Source of the DNA: Flaccisagitta enflata
Lineage: Eukaryota
DNA: 64,000 nucleotides
Direction: 5' to 3'
Assembly: GCA_965153355.1 (NCBI GenBank)
Contig: OZ231126.1
Coordinates: 12,338,001-12,402,000, forward strand
The position numbers and the translations under genes are program-made. Under the pieces are notes generated by a model that saw only the letters and a program-made list of their open reading frames with translations, made no database searches and was not told where the DNA came from. Shown piece after piece: positions 23,717 through 40,261 of this stretch (its first letter is position 1; each line of letters opens with the position of its first letter).

Positions 23717-23942
23717 AAGAAAGAAAGAAAAAATAGTCGTTTGTGCCCTTGAATGCGTGATCAGTCAGACCGACAGACAGACATGATCGGCAGTAAGGCG
23801 GACCGACCATGACCAACAGACGGACCAACAAACCGATGGATGGAGATGACCTCTCATAGATGATCCTCAAAGCATGTGAAATACTGGAAAAGACGTCTAG
23901 ATTTTGTGGAAGTAGCCTATGTGACCCTTTAACTGGAATGCT

Positions 23943-24472
23943 TTTTAGTTGCAGACACCCAACTCTATAGGAGGCTTTGTCAGTCTGTCCGTCCGTCCGT
24001 CTGTCCGTCAGTTCTTTGGTCCGCCAGCACGAGTTAAAAAGTGGGAAAAAAAGCGTTTTGAACCTTTTTGTGTGTGTGTCTGTGTTGGGTAGGGGGTTGG
24101 ATGGGGTGTTGGGTGTGGATGGGGGTGGGCCGCCCCTACCCATCCGTCCCGCGTCACTTGTTCTTTCAACAACTAATTCTTTAACACGTATTGTTCGTTG
24201 ATATTTTGCGTCTGTCTCTCTTTTTAGTTGTGGTCACGCAACTCTATAAAAGACTTTGTCCGTCCGTCGGTCTGTCCGTCCGTCGGTCCGTCGGACCGTT
24301 GGTCCGTTGGTCCGTCAGCACGAGTAGAAAAGTGGAAAAACGAGCGTTTTAGAACCTTAATGTGTATGTATCTGTGTTTGGAAGGGGGATGGGTGGGGCG
24401 TTGGGTGTAGATGAGGATTGGCCACCCATGCTCACCTGTCCGCAACGATATTGTGACTTCGCGTCACTTGTT
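23943..24472 (+). mobile_element. Two adjacent HINE-like elements (23943-24162, 24221-24472)
   Basis: Each runs tttttagttg..caactctata...(gtcc)n...cgcgtcacttgtt. Confidence 0.7.
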
Positions 24473-24568
24473 AACCATACACCCATGTATATAGAACAAG
24501 TAAAATATCTAATGACGACAAAAGAAAAGACAGAAAAAATGACAAAGATGAATCATGAGCTGTATATA

Positions 24569-25684
24569 CAGTAGATGTCGTCTAGACTTGGAAATACGGG
24601 GGAATTCATTACAGGAAGATAAATATACTTACAAGACTGACAGCCCTATGATGCTCCCTAGCAACCGCTAAACAAGCAATATTTTTACAGAACATATTGT
24701 GGGAGAGTTGTAGCAAATCTTATTTCAAATGATATTCCCTAAAAAACTTCTCTAAATATTGATACTTTAGCGTGAATACATGAAAATGTGTTTCCATGGC
24801 AACCAACACCCATAGGCAATAAAACATCCTTTCATTAACTTATGTCCTAAACATCAGCTTTTTAAGTTTATTTGTCTTCCTGTAAGGAATTCCCCTGTCT
24901 TTCCAAGTCTAGACAACATCTACTGTACCTCTTTTGAGGTTTTAGCCCCCGTTCCTCCCGCTTCCACATTTGGATTTTTTTTAACCTACCATTTGTTCAT
25001 GCAAAATTTCAAAGGACTAGCTCAAGCCGTATGGCTTCTACATGAAATTTTGAATGAAGTGAGATATTCTCCATAAGAGTATTTTTTAAGAATAGATTAA
25101 CTGACACTGTGACTGTAACGAATCAAGCAAAAATGACCAGATTTGTCTTGAAAAAAGGATATTAGTCTCAGTTTACGTATTTCTGTGGAAAAATATCAAA
25201 TTATTGAAATTTAAGAGGATAATCTAGGTTTTCTTTTGATTTTTTGAAGTTTGAGCAGGTTTCAAATGCATTTAAGGACCAAAATTTCTTATAAAATGGT
25301 GAAAAACTAAGGTGATACAAATTAAGTGTCAATTATTGACTATACATGACTTATTTGGTCATTCAAGCTCATAATGTGAAATGTTAATGAAGGTTCCTAG
25401 GTGCAAAATCGCTCAAAAATGTGTTTTTTATGCAAATTTTGCTTAAATTTCACCAAATTTCAAAAACATGTGGACGATAAACCGCTAGACCCATCATGAT
25501 GGTTATGTGCTTTTAGACAAAACCAACCGGATTTTCTAAAAATGAATACTTTATGCACAATAAAGTTTTTACTGGTAACACTTGCTTTTGAAAGCAGGGT
25601 ATATTCCAAATATCAGTCTTTTAAGTTTATTTGTCTTCCTGTAATGAATTCCCCCATATTTCCAAGTCTAGACGACATCTACTG
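24569..25684. mobile_element. Composite TA-flanked MITE with one left and two right TIRs
   Basis: TA|cagtagatgtcgtctagacttggaaa; reverse complement ends at both 24925 and 25684, each followed by TA; absent from the paralogous site near 59695. Confidence 0.8.
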
Positions 25685-25687
25685 TAT

Positions 25688-25883
25688 AACAAGGCCGGAT
25701 AGACAGCTATCCCAGTCGCGTGCGGGTCGGCAGGGGCCATATTCGAGGTCACTTGATCATTTGGGAAGGAGCAGTGAGGCCAAAAACCGCAAAATCCCAA
25801 AAAAAGTAAAGTGTGAAAGACGGACCGTCGGACGGACAAAGCGGGGTGTAGAGTCGCGTATCACGGCTATCACGCGACTAAAA
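25688..25883 (-). mobile_element. HINE-like element shared with the duplicate (59701-59888)
   Basis: Same element and same right flank in both copies. Confidence 0.75.
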
Positions 25884-26324
25884 AGAAGAAAAAAACCTGA
25901 AGATTTACGAGATGATTATGTTCCATAAAAAAAAGAAGAACAAGGTGCTTTATCAGGACAACGTGCCTGCTAGCTTGCTTACTTTAAAGTAAACACTCAT
26001 CTTGATGTCAAGTTAAGACAGAATGATACATGGGGGGGGGGGATAGAAAGTAAAAAGAAAGAAAGAAATAGAGAAAGCGGGAAAGAAACAAACACAGATG
26101 AAAAGAAAGAAATATAGATTGGTAGAAAGACAGAAAGGAAGGAAGGATGGAAGGAAGGAAGGAAGGAAGGAAGGAAGGAAGGAAGACAGAAAGAAAGAAA
26201 GAGAAAAGTAACAACGAAAGAAAGAAAGAAAGAAAAAAAAAGAAAGAAAAAGAAAACAAGAAAGAGAGGAAAAAGAAACAGGAAGCGAGTTATACACAAA
26301 AAGAAAAAGTAGAAAAGAAGAAAG

Positions 26325-27072
26325 AGGAAGAATGGAGACGGACGGGCGGGCGGACGGACAGACGGACAGGCCCCAGGACGGTTTCTCCCTCTTATAGAGT
26401 GCGAGGACGCATCTAATAATAGTTAGGGGTTTTGGGTGTGTGGGAGTGCGTAAACTGAATTTGAGAGAATGGGAGACGGACCGACGGACGGACGGACGGG
26501 CCGGACGGACGGACCACCCTCTTATAGAGATGCGAGGGCGCATCTAATGGTTAAGGGGTAGTTTTTGATGTGTGGGAGTGCATAAACTGAATTTGAGAGA
26601 ATGGGAGACAGACCGATGGGAGACGGACGGACGGACGGACAGACACACCCTCTTATAGAGAATGCGAGACGCATCTAATAATAGTTAAGGTAGTTTTAGT
26701 GCGTAAGTGCGTAAGCTGAATTTGAGAAGAAATGAGGAGACAGACCGACAGCCAGACAGACAGACAGACAGACGGACACACCCTCTTATAGAGATGCGGG
26801 CATCTAATGGTTAGGAGTGGTTTTTAGTGTGTGAGGAGTGCAGTAAGCTGGGTTTGAGAGAATGGGAGACGGACCGACGGACGGACCGGACGGACGGACG
26901 GACGGACACCCTCTTATAGAGATGCGAGGACGCATCTAATAATGATATTGAATGGTGTGCTTGTGAGTTATAAGTGCGTAAACTGAATTTGAGAGAATGG
27001 GGAGACGGACCGACGGGCCGGAGGCGGACAGACAGACGGACGGACACACCCTCTTATAGAATGCCAGGACGC
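26325..27072 (-). repeat. About 130-bp tandem array (about 6 units) of a HINE 5' end
   Basis: ccctcttatagagatgcg..gcatctaat recurs near 26411, 26542, 26673, 26802, 26934; partial unit near 27060. Confidence 0.85.
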
Positions 27073-27140
27073 GGCTGTTGCTGTTGTTGTTGTTGTTGTT
27101 GCTGTTGTTGTTGTTGTGGTTGTGGTTGTGGTTGTGGTTC

Positions 27141-27204
<64 letters not shown>

Positions 27205-27413
27205 GATTATTGTTGTCGTCGTCATTGACTTGTTCTCATACCTGGCAAAAAATAAGGACCTCGCAGTCAGGAAAAGCAGACATGATTGATACGTACAGGG
27301 AGCTAGGGTCAGAAAAGCAGGGTGGTCCAAAAAGTTCATGTTGTTATTTCCTTCTAATTTTCTTCATCATATCATGGATGGTGGCGGCACTGTCATTTCG
27401 TGCTTCGCCTACG

Positions 27414-27701
<288 letters not shown>

Positions 27702-27916
27702 GAGGGAGGAAGAGGGGGGACATTGACTGATGAGAAAAACTTTGACCGAAATAATTCTTACATGACATTCCTCGCTTGTTGCTTGTTTCTACAAAGGAAC
27801 GGTTTTGTTTTCTCTCATCTTTTTTATTCTTTTTTTTCTTTTTTAGTTTCGGCCGGAACTAACAAGAGGGCGTGTGGAACACAAGGAGAGAGTGGAAGGC
27901 TGCAAAAACATAGGCG

Positions 27917-28012
<96 letters not shown>

Positions 28013-28053
28013 TTGTTGTTGTTGCTGTTTTTGTTGCTCTTGTTGTTGTTGTT

Positions 28054-28085
<32 letters not shown>

Positions 28086-28101
28086 AGTTGTTGTTGTTGT
28101 T

Positions 28102-28170
<69 letters not shown>

Positions 28171-28311
28171 CTTGTTGGGCGCGACGCGGGGCCCCGAGGG
28201 TACAAAGTCTCAGGGCCCCGTGTCTCCATAATCTTCAGGGCCCAGAATTCGTTCCTATATTAATTATATTACTCTTTACTCCCTCTCTTTTAATCTTTGG
28301 ATTATTCTTCC

Positions 28312-28402
<91 letters not shown>

Positions 28403-29504
28403 CAACCGCATTACTGCCCGCTGTGTATCCAGCCTCATTTAACTTTGACATAGCAAACTGTTACTATTTACAAAAACTGAATAGTAGATTTGCTTCTTTC
28501 TCAAATCTTTGACTTTTACTAAGCGGATGAGCTGGAGTGAAGTAGTTGGGAAAAAAATCGAAAAACGAATTTTCGATTTTTTGAGTTTCGCTTAGGAATC
28601 AATTTTTTCCATTTTCGCTTGGAATGTTTTGGGGAAGTTGAGGAGCAACTAGGCTCGCAGGGCAGGGCACTGTCGGACCAATACTTTAGGCGCTATGAAT
28701 TTTTTAATCTTTTTTTATTTTTTCACATTTTCCGCATTTTTCTCAAAGATCTTTATTTTTCATCGATCTCAAATTTGAGCCTAAATAACTATAAAAATGA
28801 GTTCAGCAGAGGGCAGAGGAAGGGAGGGAGAGGGAGGGAGAGAGAGGGAAGGAGAGGGAGGGAAGGAGAGGGAGGGAGGAATAGGGAGGGTGGGAAAAGG
28901 AGTAAGGGAGGGTGGGAGAGGGAGGGAGAGGGGGACGGGGGAGGGAGGGAGAGGGAGGGAGGGAGGAAGAGGGAGAGTAGGAGGGAGAGGGGGAGGGGGA
29001 GGAAAAGGGAAGGAAAGAGAGAGGGGGAGGGAGGGACAGAGAGAGAGGGGGGGGGAGGGTTAGAGGGAGGGAAAAGAAGTAGTTGGATAGCTCATTCAGG
29101 CAAGTATTTTTAGTATTCCAAAGCCAGGACCAAAAATAGAAAAAAGTAAATAAATCAATTAAAAGAGTGAGGTTCATTATTTCAGATGAGCATGAGTTTA
29201 AATAAAGTAGTAAAAAAACGCTTCCATCCTTAAACTAAGTTTTTTTTTAATGATCTAGTGATCTCTTATCCACCTGCACGCAACTGGGGAGGGGGGAACC
29301 ACTCAAGTCCGAATCCAATTCCTAACATGAGGCCAGTAAGGTCTCTATCCACTCAAGTCAGAATCGGACTTGAGTGGTTTGGTAACTTAACTACCCATTC
29401 GGTCTTGAGTGGTTCTCCCAGTTACTCAGATCGGACTTGAGTGGGGTATATTCTTACTACCAGCTGGCTTATTGTGGCTAGTATTACTCTCTGTGAGGTC
29501 TGTG

Positions 29505-29556
<52 letters not shown>

Positions 29557-29861
29557 ATTCAACAAATCATTTCCGGGGCCACTTCAGTAATTTTCGATAC
29601 TAGAATCATGCAAGTATAGCATCTCGCTTTTTCTGTCGTAAATTTTTAGCTAAATTCTGCCCCATTGTTGAGGTTAAATCCTTTTCCTTTCTAGCTTGTA
29701 TTTTGTAACATGATCGTAGAAAATGTCTTAGCATTAGTTTGCGCAAATGTTTATACTTTACTCTGGGCTAGGGAAGCTTAGTTTTTAATGACTGATAAAG
29801 TTTGAGCCTTATAACTGGGTACCACTTCTTTGTTATTGTCGTTTTCAAGAATTTACGACAG

Positions 29862-29897
<36 letters not shown>

Positions 29898-30048
29898 TCG
29901 CTGACTGCTCAGTATCTTCTATCAAAGACTTAATAGTAAAAAAATGAGAGTGAGTTAATACACTGTTAATACACCGTTAATACACCATTTTGATTGTACT
30001 ACCAAGCAACTTACTGCTCACAACAATCAAGTGGCTAAGAGAGATAGA

Positions 30049-31075
30049 ACAAGCCCGACCGGGCAACGATGCGTCCGGACTGTGTCTCTACATGTATTGA
30101 TCATGTGACATATTTTTTTTTTCAGATTCATGTGACATATTTTTCAGATTCTGTTTGATGGAAAACAAGGAGTGGTGCGCGTATTAACTAGTCAGTGAGG
30201 GTTCACAAAACCCTTTTCCATTTATTTCAGTTTGGGTAAAGTGAGGGAAATTGTTCCACTTTTCATGCTACTCAGTACCTTGGATTGGAATGTCCGACGG
30301 TCGCATTAAGCTTGACCTTGATTCTTTCCTCTAAGACTAAGGGTATGGTTTCTTAACAATGTTACCCTCGGGTGATTTGTTAAATTTTGTTGTATGTTAT
30401 AATCATAACTCCTAATCTATTTTTGGTAAGCAGTTTGCTTTTGGGTTAGTTTGAGAAGGAGAGGGAATGTTTTTCAGATTCTGTTTCATGGAAAACTAGG
30501 AGTGGTGCGCACTACAGTCAGTGAGGGTTCACAAGGTCCTCTTCCGTTTGTTTCAGTTTGGGTATAGTGAGAGATATTGTTCCACTTTTCATATATGAAG
30601 TGATGGATGGATGAACAATGTTACCCTCAGGTGATTTGTTGAATTTTGGTTAAAAGGTTACAATCATTACCCTAACTACTTTTGGTAAGCAGTTTGCTTT
30701 TGGGTTAGTTTGAGAAAGAATGTTTTTCAGATTCTGTTTCATGGAAAACTAGGAGTGGTGCGCACTACAGTCAGTGAGGGTTCACAAGGTCCTCTTCCGT
30801 TTGTTTCAGTTTGGGTATAGTGAGAGATATTGTTCCACTTTTCATATATGAAGAGATGGATGGATGAACGGACGGGTGAAACGTCTGAGTAGAGGCTCTT
30901 AAGACATGTTGGTTGATCATTTGTCTCAGTATAGGATCTCACCGTGGCCGAAGAAAGCCGAGAAACTCGGTTTTTGCATAGGCGTAACAGACCGGCAGAC
31001 TGATGGACGGACGGACGGATGGACCAATGGACAAACCTTCTTATAGAGATATGATCCTGATGGATCGCAATCTGG
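30049..31075 (-). mobile_element. HINE-like element with three internal repeats of about 250-330 bp
   Basis: Ends match 15944-16250; ttttcagattctgttt..atggaaaac recurs near 30141, 30471 and 30724. Confidence 0.7.
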
Positions 31076-31136
31076 CGTGACCAGCTAATGATCTCTTGCT
31101 GTTGCTGTTGTTGTTGTTGTCGCTGCTGGTTGTTGC

Positions 31137-31188
<52 letters not shown>

Positions 31189-31269
31189 GCTGTTGTTGCT
31201 GCTGTTGTTGTTGCTGTTGTTGACGTTGTTGCTGGTGGTGCCAAGGTTGCCGCCGAAAACGTTGCGTCG

Positions 31270-31305
<36 letters not shown>

Positions 31306-31348
31306 TCTTGCTCTCTGTCATTATTAATTGTTGTTGTTGTTATTGTGG

Positions 31349-31389
<41 letters not shown>

Positions 31390-32021
31390 GCTGTTACAGT
31401 ATGGGTTGTTGTTGTTTTTGTTGCTGGTTTGCATGATCGGCTTCATTAACGAGATGATGGTGGGTTTGCGTTCCCTTAGGCCATACTTTTATCAAAGGAG
31501 CAACTAAGGATTGCTTTGCTTCTTTGATTTTTTTTCTTCTTTTCTCTATCATTCTTTCCCTCATTCGTTCATTCACCAGCATTCATTCATTCATTCATTC
31601 ATTCATTCATTCACTCGTTGCTTCATTTTCTTATTCATTCATTCATTCATTCATTCATTCATTCATTCATTCATTCATTCATTCATTCATTCATTCATTA
31701 ATTCATTCATTCATTCATTCATTCATTCATTCATTCATTCATTCATTCATTCATTCATTCATTCATTCATTCATTCATTCATTCATTCATTCATTTATTC
31801 ATTCATTCATTCATTCATTTACTTATTCCTTCTTTCGGAAAAACCTAAAACTGGAAACAAGAAAGGGTGGTTTCATTTAAAACATCTTCGCAGAGTTTCA
31901 AAATTGTCACAGATTTAGCTATATTTTTTATGTATTTATTGGCTGTAAACTAGTGACATACATTTTGTTTTGTTTTTTGATTTTCAACCTCTAGATCTAA
32001 TGAAACCGCACACATACAAAC

Positions 32022-32133
<112 letters not shown>

Positions 32134-33404
32134 GAAAACGAAAGAAATGGTGGTGGAAATAGAAAATTGCCATAAATCGGTGGTGATTGAAAACCCGAGT
32201 CACTCCCAACAGTACCCGCGTCACTTGTTCTTCTTCTTCCTCTGCATGATTTTTTCCTCCTAATCTTTCGACAATTTCACATCCTCTACATTACTTGTAA
32301 ATATAAGTAAAAACGTGTGAAAACACGCATATCAGCCTCTGTTCAGCTGCCCCCCCCCCCCCACAATAGCATTGCAACCCCGGGATGCTTTACCTCTTTA
32401 TCTTCTTCTTCTTTATCTTCTTCTATTTCTTCTTCTTCTTTATCTTCCTCTTTATCTTCTTCTACTTCTTCTTCTTCTTTATCTTCTTCTACTTCTTCTT
32501 CTTTTTCTACTGCTTCTTCTTCTTCTTCTTCTTCTTCTTCTTCTTCTTCTTCTTCTTCTTCTTCTTCTTCTTCTTCTTCTTCTTCTTCTTCTTCTTTCTC
32601 TTTCTTCTTCTCTTTCTTCTTCTCTTTCTTCTCTTTCTTCTTCTTCTTCTTCTTCTTCTTCTTCTTCTTCTTCTTCTTCTTCTTCTTCTTCTTCTTCTTC
32701 TTCTTCTTCTTCTTCTTCTTCTTCTCCTTCTTTTTCCTCTGAATGAATAAATGAATTCAATTTACGAATAAAGCATAAAAATTACAAAATATGCAACTGG
32801 ATACGCGTGTTTCGACGGTTAGCCTGAAAAACTTGTTTAAAGGTTTATCTGTTGTTATTTTTTCTGTAAGAGATGGGAAGGAAAACAACAAATAAATATA
32901 AAATTTCTGTTGTTACGTTTACTTTCATTTGCGTTACGGTATTAAGTATTCTTGTTATCAAATTTAATTTCTAAGAAGTCCGTCAGTTCTTTTTTTCTTC
33001 TTCCTCGCTTCATCTGAAGTTGACGAGTTTGTTGTTTTTTTTATAGAGTCGATCGAATCTGAGATTGTAACAACTGAAAAACTGTAAGCGGTTACAACAA
33101 AAGGCGCCGAGAGTTGGATCTTCATCCACCCAGACCCGGATGTAATTGATGTCCTATCGACAGAGATTTCATATGGATCAATGGGTGGTATATTCGGTCG
33201 ATAGAAAAACTAGATGAATGGACAATATTGAGGGTACATTATGTAATCTAGTGTAATAATTATGATAAAAGAAGAAGATTGGATGCGTGCATAAAAATTG
33301 ACTTGCGAAAGTGCTTTTCTTTTCTCCAAATTTTTTTCAAATGAAACAAAAGATGACGACATAACATGAAAACCAATAATGATAATCGAATTCTGTAAAA
33401 AACG

Positions 33405-33817
33405 CCTGGGAGAGAATGTTTTGGCATTTATTTGTACCAAATTTCAGCTTAAGGTCCCGAGTAGTTTAGCCTCAATCTCCTTTTGAAGTCAAATTATGAA
33501 TCTTACAAAACCACTTTTTTTATCAAACCCAGTAAAAAGTTTCGTGATTTTTTATATTTTTTCAGATGAATTGAACTCGTGAGTTTGAAAAAATATTACC
33601 TGCTATAAAATATTTTAAATTCATGGCTTGTTTAGGTAAACAGGTGTCATTCATGAAAAGAAATGAGAAATTCGGATGATTTTATCTCTGAATTTAGTGT
33701 GGAAATAGCATCAAGAAAAACTTGATACATATACTTCAAATGTAGATTAAAGCTAAACTAGTTGAGACGGAAAGCTGAAATTTGGCACAAATAAATGCCA
33801 AAACATACTATTTCAGG
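33405..33817. mobile_element. Degenerate foldback/MITE
   Basis: tgttttggcatttatttgtaccaaatttcagctt mirrored by aagctgaaatttggcacaaataaatgccaaaaca. Confidence 0.55.
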
Positions 33818-33938
33818 TGTTCTTTTCAAAAATGGATTACTTCTAATAGTTCTGGAGTTATGTCGTCATCTTTTGTTTCATTTGAAAAAAATCATACTGT
33901 ATGAATGAATGAAAGCAATAAAAATTTGGACCAAGTAA

Positions 33939-34883
33939 AACAAGGCCGGATACACGGCAATCCAGTCGCGGACGGTTGGGCAGGAGCAGTAATGCGAAAA
34001 TCGCTCGGAATTCAAGAATATGACCAACCGACCGACTGAAGGACGGACGGACCGACCGACACGGCAAGGTGTAGAGTCGCGTGTCCGCGACTAAAAATCT
34101 GTCTTCCTCTCATTTTAAGCCGTGTGATAAGTGGCATTACAGTCGACACCCCGCGTTGTCGGTCCGTTGGTCCATACATCCCATTTTTACAAATTATATA
34201 TTTTGCGGTCCTTGGTCTCACTGAACCTGCCGAAATAAACTAGTGACCTCAAGCAAGGGCCTACCCGCATGCGACTGGGGTAGATTTTGACTTAGCCTTA
34301 GCAAAAACAAGAGTCTTACAAAAAAGACCGTCGTAATCATTGAAGAAAATAAGTAAAATCCACAGCAAGCTTATACGGAACAAGACCGGATACACGGCTA
34401 CCGAAGTCGCGTGCGGGTGAGCAGAGGCCATATTTGATGTCACTAGACCATATGGGCAGGAACAGTGAGGTCCAAAAATAAAAATCATAAAAAAGTAAAT
34501 TGTGACCGACCGACCTACCGACTGACGGACAACGCGGAGTGTAGACTGTAGAGTCGCATGCACGCGATTATAAAAAGTATTTAAAAAAAAAAAAAAGATA
34601 TGAGGAAAAACGAACCCGGTCCTTCGCCTGGTAATCAGCCTTGTTTTCATGTCAATTTTTAGTCGCGTGCTACGCGACTCTACACCCCGCTTTGTCGGTC
34701 CGTCGGTCTGTCCGTCCGTCCGTCAGTCCGTCCGTCCGTTGGTCCGTCCGTCCGTCACACTTTACTTTTTTGGCGTTTATGGGGTTTTTGGTTATAACGC
34801 TCCTGCCCAAATGCTCCACTGACTTCAAATATGGCCCCTGCCCACCCGCACGCGACTGGGGTAGCTGTGTATCCGGCCTTGTT
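33939..34883. mobile_element. HINE cluster (33939-34096 minus, degenerate copy about 34115-34285 plus, 34379-34572 minus, 34657-34883 plus)
   Basis: Diagnostic gtcgcgtg..cgcgact and gtgtatccggccttgtt ends. Confidence 0.7.
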
Positions 34884-35030
34884 CCAGCACATCACACTTT
34901 TGGTCATTAACTTTGACTATAGAAGCTTTGTCTGTTCTTCCGTCCGTCTCTCACTCTGCCCATCCCTCGGTTTATCCCTTAGTCCATTCACCATTCGTCA
35001 ATCCATAACTCATGATTCCAGAAGTGTGAA

Positions 35031-35110
<80 letters not shown>

Positions 35111-35114
35111 GTGT

Positions 35115-35148
<34 letters not shown>

Positions 35149-35458
35149 TTGTGTGTGTGTGTTCGGAACATTTCAGTATCTTTGTTGGAATGCACTCATA
35201 TCTAATCTCATTATAAATCACGCATCCACGTACTTTTACACACACACACACGCATGCATCAAAGTTACTTGCATTTCAATTCACATCGGTCTCCTACTAC
35301 ACATGAACAAAACAACGCTATCAAGCAAAATGTGGGAAGGACAGACAGACACTGACATATAGACTGACATGAGCTCTGATAGACATACGGAGACGGTGGA
35401 CACATGTAAAAACGCTCGTTTATGGTGAAAGGTGAAGCACGTGAAGAAAAAATTAAAT

Positions 35459-35553
<95 letters not shown>

Positions 35554-35842
35554 AATGCAATGGGTAATTGGTTTTTTTTCCACATTGTCAAAATAGCAAA
35601 GTGTAGACTCTTTTTTCCTAATCCACTATAGGCCGAGTGCCAATGAGTGACGTTTTATTCCATTCCACTCATGGCCGAATCATGAAATGAGGGCAGTGAG
35701 CTCCCAATTAACTCAAGGCCGATTCGGCCTTGAGTGTTTGAAGTACTAACTCTTGTACGAAATTCGGACTTTAGATACCTCCTCCTGGGGAGGTTATGTG
35801 TCTAGGCCTTGTTTCTCTCATGAGGAGAGAGAGAAAGAGAGA

Positions 35843-35945
<103 letters not shown>

Positions 35946-36119
35946 AAAGAAAGAGAAAGAGAGGGAAAATATGATAATGCATTTTCTTGGGGCCCAGAAT
36001 TCTGGACATCACTAAAAAGGCAAAAATGGTACATCTCAAGGCACAGAATTCGGGGCAACGATACGCACTCGTTGTTGTTGTTGTTGTTGTGGTTGTTTTT
36101 ATCATTTTTGTTGTTTTTA

Positions 36120-36159
<40 letters not shown>

Positions 36160-36407
36160 CACGTAGGCAATGGGCTGGGTTTTAAGGGAATATAAATCGT
36201 TGATAACAGTGGGCTACACTATTTTGTCAAATGGGCAATGCGCAGAGTCGTAGGCTGACGCTTACATGTTGAATATGTACATCGATGGTAAAAAGAGGTC
36301 ACTCTAGATACACTGGATCAGGATGGAAAAAGAATTTCTTCCCAACGCCATTTTTTGCGCCCTTCAGTGCCAGAGGGTCGAAGCATAAAACGTTTACGAG
36401 CAGGTCC

Positions 36408-37832
<1,425 letters not shown>

Positions 37833-38191
37833 GGAACCATATAAAATTGGTCTTCTCATTTCTCATATAAAGCGAATCATGTTTTCTCCTTGCAAAAGCT
37901 GACGTTAACAACTTCTGCATGGGGGGGGGGGGTGGGGGGGGTGGGTGGGAAGGGGTTAGTATGAGCGGGATGAGCCGGATCGGAAGGGAGACCAAAGGGG
38001 GATGGCTGGCGGTATTGAGCCCGCTAGGGTCAGGGCGCGGAAGTGGGGATAAGTCAAAGGGGACGGGAATCTGAGGGGGAAGTGGGAACGAAATGATGAC
38101 GAGATTGAACTCAGGACGTAATGAGGATGAAGTAATGAACTGAAATACAGATTGTCCATCAACTATTGAAAACAAGATGAAATCAAAACAT

Positions 38192-38411
38192 AACAAGGCC
38201 AACACCTGTAAGTCGCCTGCGAGACTTACAGATTGACTTAGAATGACTTAGAATGACTCAGTATACTCTTAAATAACTTTAAATGACTTAAAGAAATAAA
38301 ATTGAGAAAAAAAGTAAAAGTGTGACGGACCAACAGACCGACCGACCGACCAACCAACCGACGGACGGACGGACAAAGCGGAGTGTAGAGTCGCGTGCAC
38401 GCGACTAAAAA
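38192..38411 (-). mobile_element. HINE-like element with demonstrable empty site
   Basis: Paralog at 63062-63086 reads aaatcaaaacataaaaaaacggctc with no element; insertion in an A/T run without a clear TSD. Confidence 0.85.
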
Positions 38412-38847
38412 GACGGCTCAAAATGCTTCGATACGTGCGACTAGTTTCGCTCGTCAGCTCTTTATAGACGTTTCTAAGTCTAGGCAAAGTGATAAGAAGA
38501 TGATGAGAACATCAATGCATTACTTTGAGAATGACGTTATTTGCACATTGCAGCCCTTAATCGTTCTTTCCCCCCGTCCGCGACTAAAGTGTAACCCCGC
38601 GTCACTTGTTTCGTCCAATGCAGTCTTGGGAACGACAATCAAAACGTCCAAGCAGACTATAGACTTAAAATGAAATTTGAATAACCCCCTCGTCGACCTA
38701 AAATGAGTTGCCTAAGTCCGAATTTCATTGTTTATTGTTCCCCACACATTCTTCATCGCTAATAAAGAGATTATTCAAACAAAAACTAAAAGTCAACTAA
38801 ATTTTTTCTACCGCCCCCAATAAATAAAAAAAAGAAATCCCCCAAAT

Positions 38848-38984
38848 GGGAGTTTGACGCAATCGAGAATTCGCAAAATTGACGCTACCGAGAATTGGTG
38901 TTTTTGACGCAATAGAGAATTCTCTATTGCGTCAAAATGGTAGAAAGATTTCCATACTCACAACTGAGAATTCCCACTCTCTCT

Positions 38985-39023
<39 letters not shown>

Positions 39024-40102
39024 TTTTTTTTGCTCTGTACTTCTTTCTTTTTTTCTTTTTTTCTTCCTTTCTTTTTTTCTTTTTTTCTTTTTTTTTCTTT
39101 CTTTCTTTCTTTCTTTCTTTCTCACTCACACACTTACTCATACATACGCTCACTCTCCCTACAGACAAGTACAATTAAAACCCAGAATAACACATGTTAA
39201 GGAAGCAATAAGTTGGATGGGTGGATGGATGGACAGAGGGATGGAAAGATAGATGGATGGATGGATGTATGGACAAACAAACAAATGGATGGATATGCAT
39301 CTTAAACCTGAATATAGCTGCTTATAGATGTATTGCAAATATATAGGGGGAGTTGACATAATCTATCTGGAAAAAATTGTAACCCTGAGTTTTATTAGTT
39401 TCTTTGCTTGATGGAATATGAAATAAAGTTGAAAATTAAAAAATAATCATAAAAATATTTCATGATTTTATCAAAAAATTACAGTGATTAACAATTCTTA
39501 AAAAAATCGAAAAATAAAAAGTGAATGATAAAAAATGAAAAATAAAAATGAAAAACTAAAAAAAGGTGAAGAATAAAAAGTGACGCTTGAAAAGAAAAAT
39601 TAAAAAAAATCATAAAAGTGAATAATGAAAATTCAAGAATGAACAGTAAAAAAAAGAAAAAGTTAATTAGAGATATAAAAGATGAAATATGACATGAATA
39701 AAAAAAGATTGAGTCTAAAGTAAAAAGTTGAATAAAGAGTGAAAATGAAATTTTAGAGATAAAGAATGAAGAATAAAAAAAAATTCACAAGTTACAGCTA
39801 AACAATATAAAACTTTGTAAAAAACCTAAGGATACATTTTTTTCCAGGTTGGTTTAGACTATTTGCTTAAGTCCCTCCAGTGATAAAAAAAAATTCAATG
39901 CATTGATATGTTTGCAATAAAACTTTTACAAAGAGAGAGAGAGAGAGAGGAGAAAACTATTTTCAGTAGTGTCAATCTTTAGTTTCCAAATCATCACAAT
40001 AGAGAATGGATATTGACGCTATGGAGAATTCTCAGTAGCGTCAAAATGTATAGTTGTCATCATTAACGCTACCGAGAATTCTCGGTAGCGTTAGCCACTC
40101 CC
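38848..40102 (+). mobile_element. Unclassified non-autonomous DNA element, 6-bp TSD, GGGAGT...ACTCCC ends
   Basis: ccaaat|gggagt ... actccc|ccaaat; empty site at 63501-63520; subterminal TGACGC..GAGAATTCTC..GCGTCA palindromes. Confidence 0.85.
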
Positions 40103-40109
40103 CCAAATA

Positions 40110-40261
<152 letters not shown>

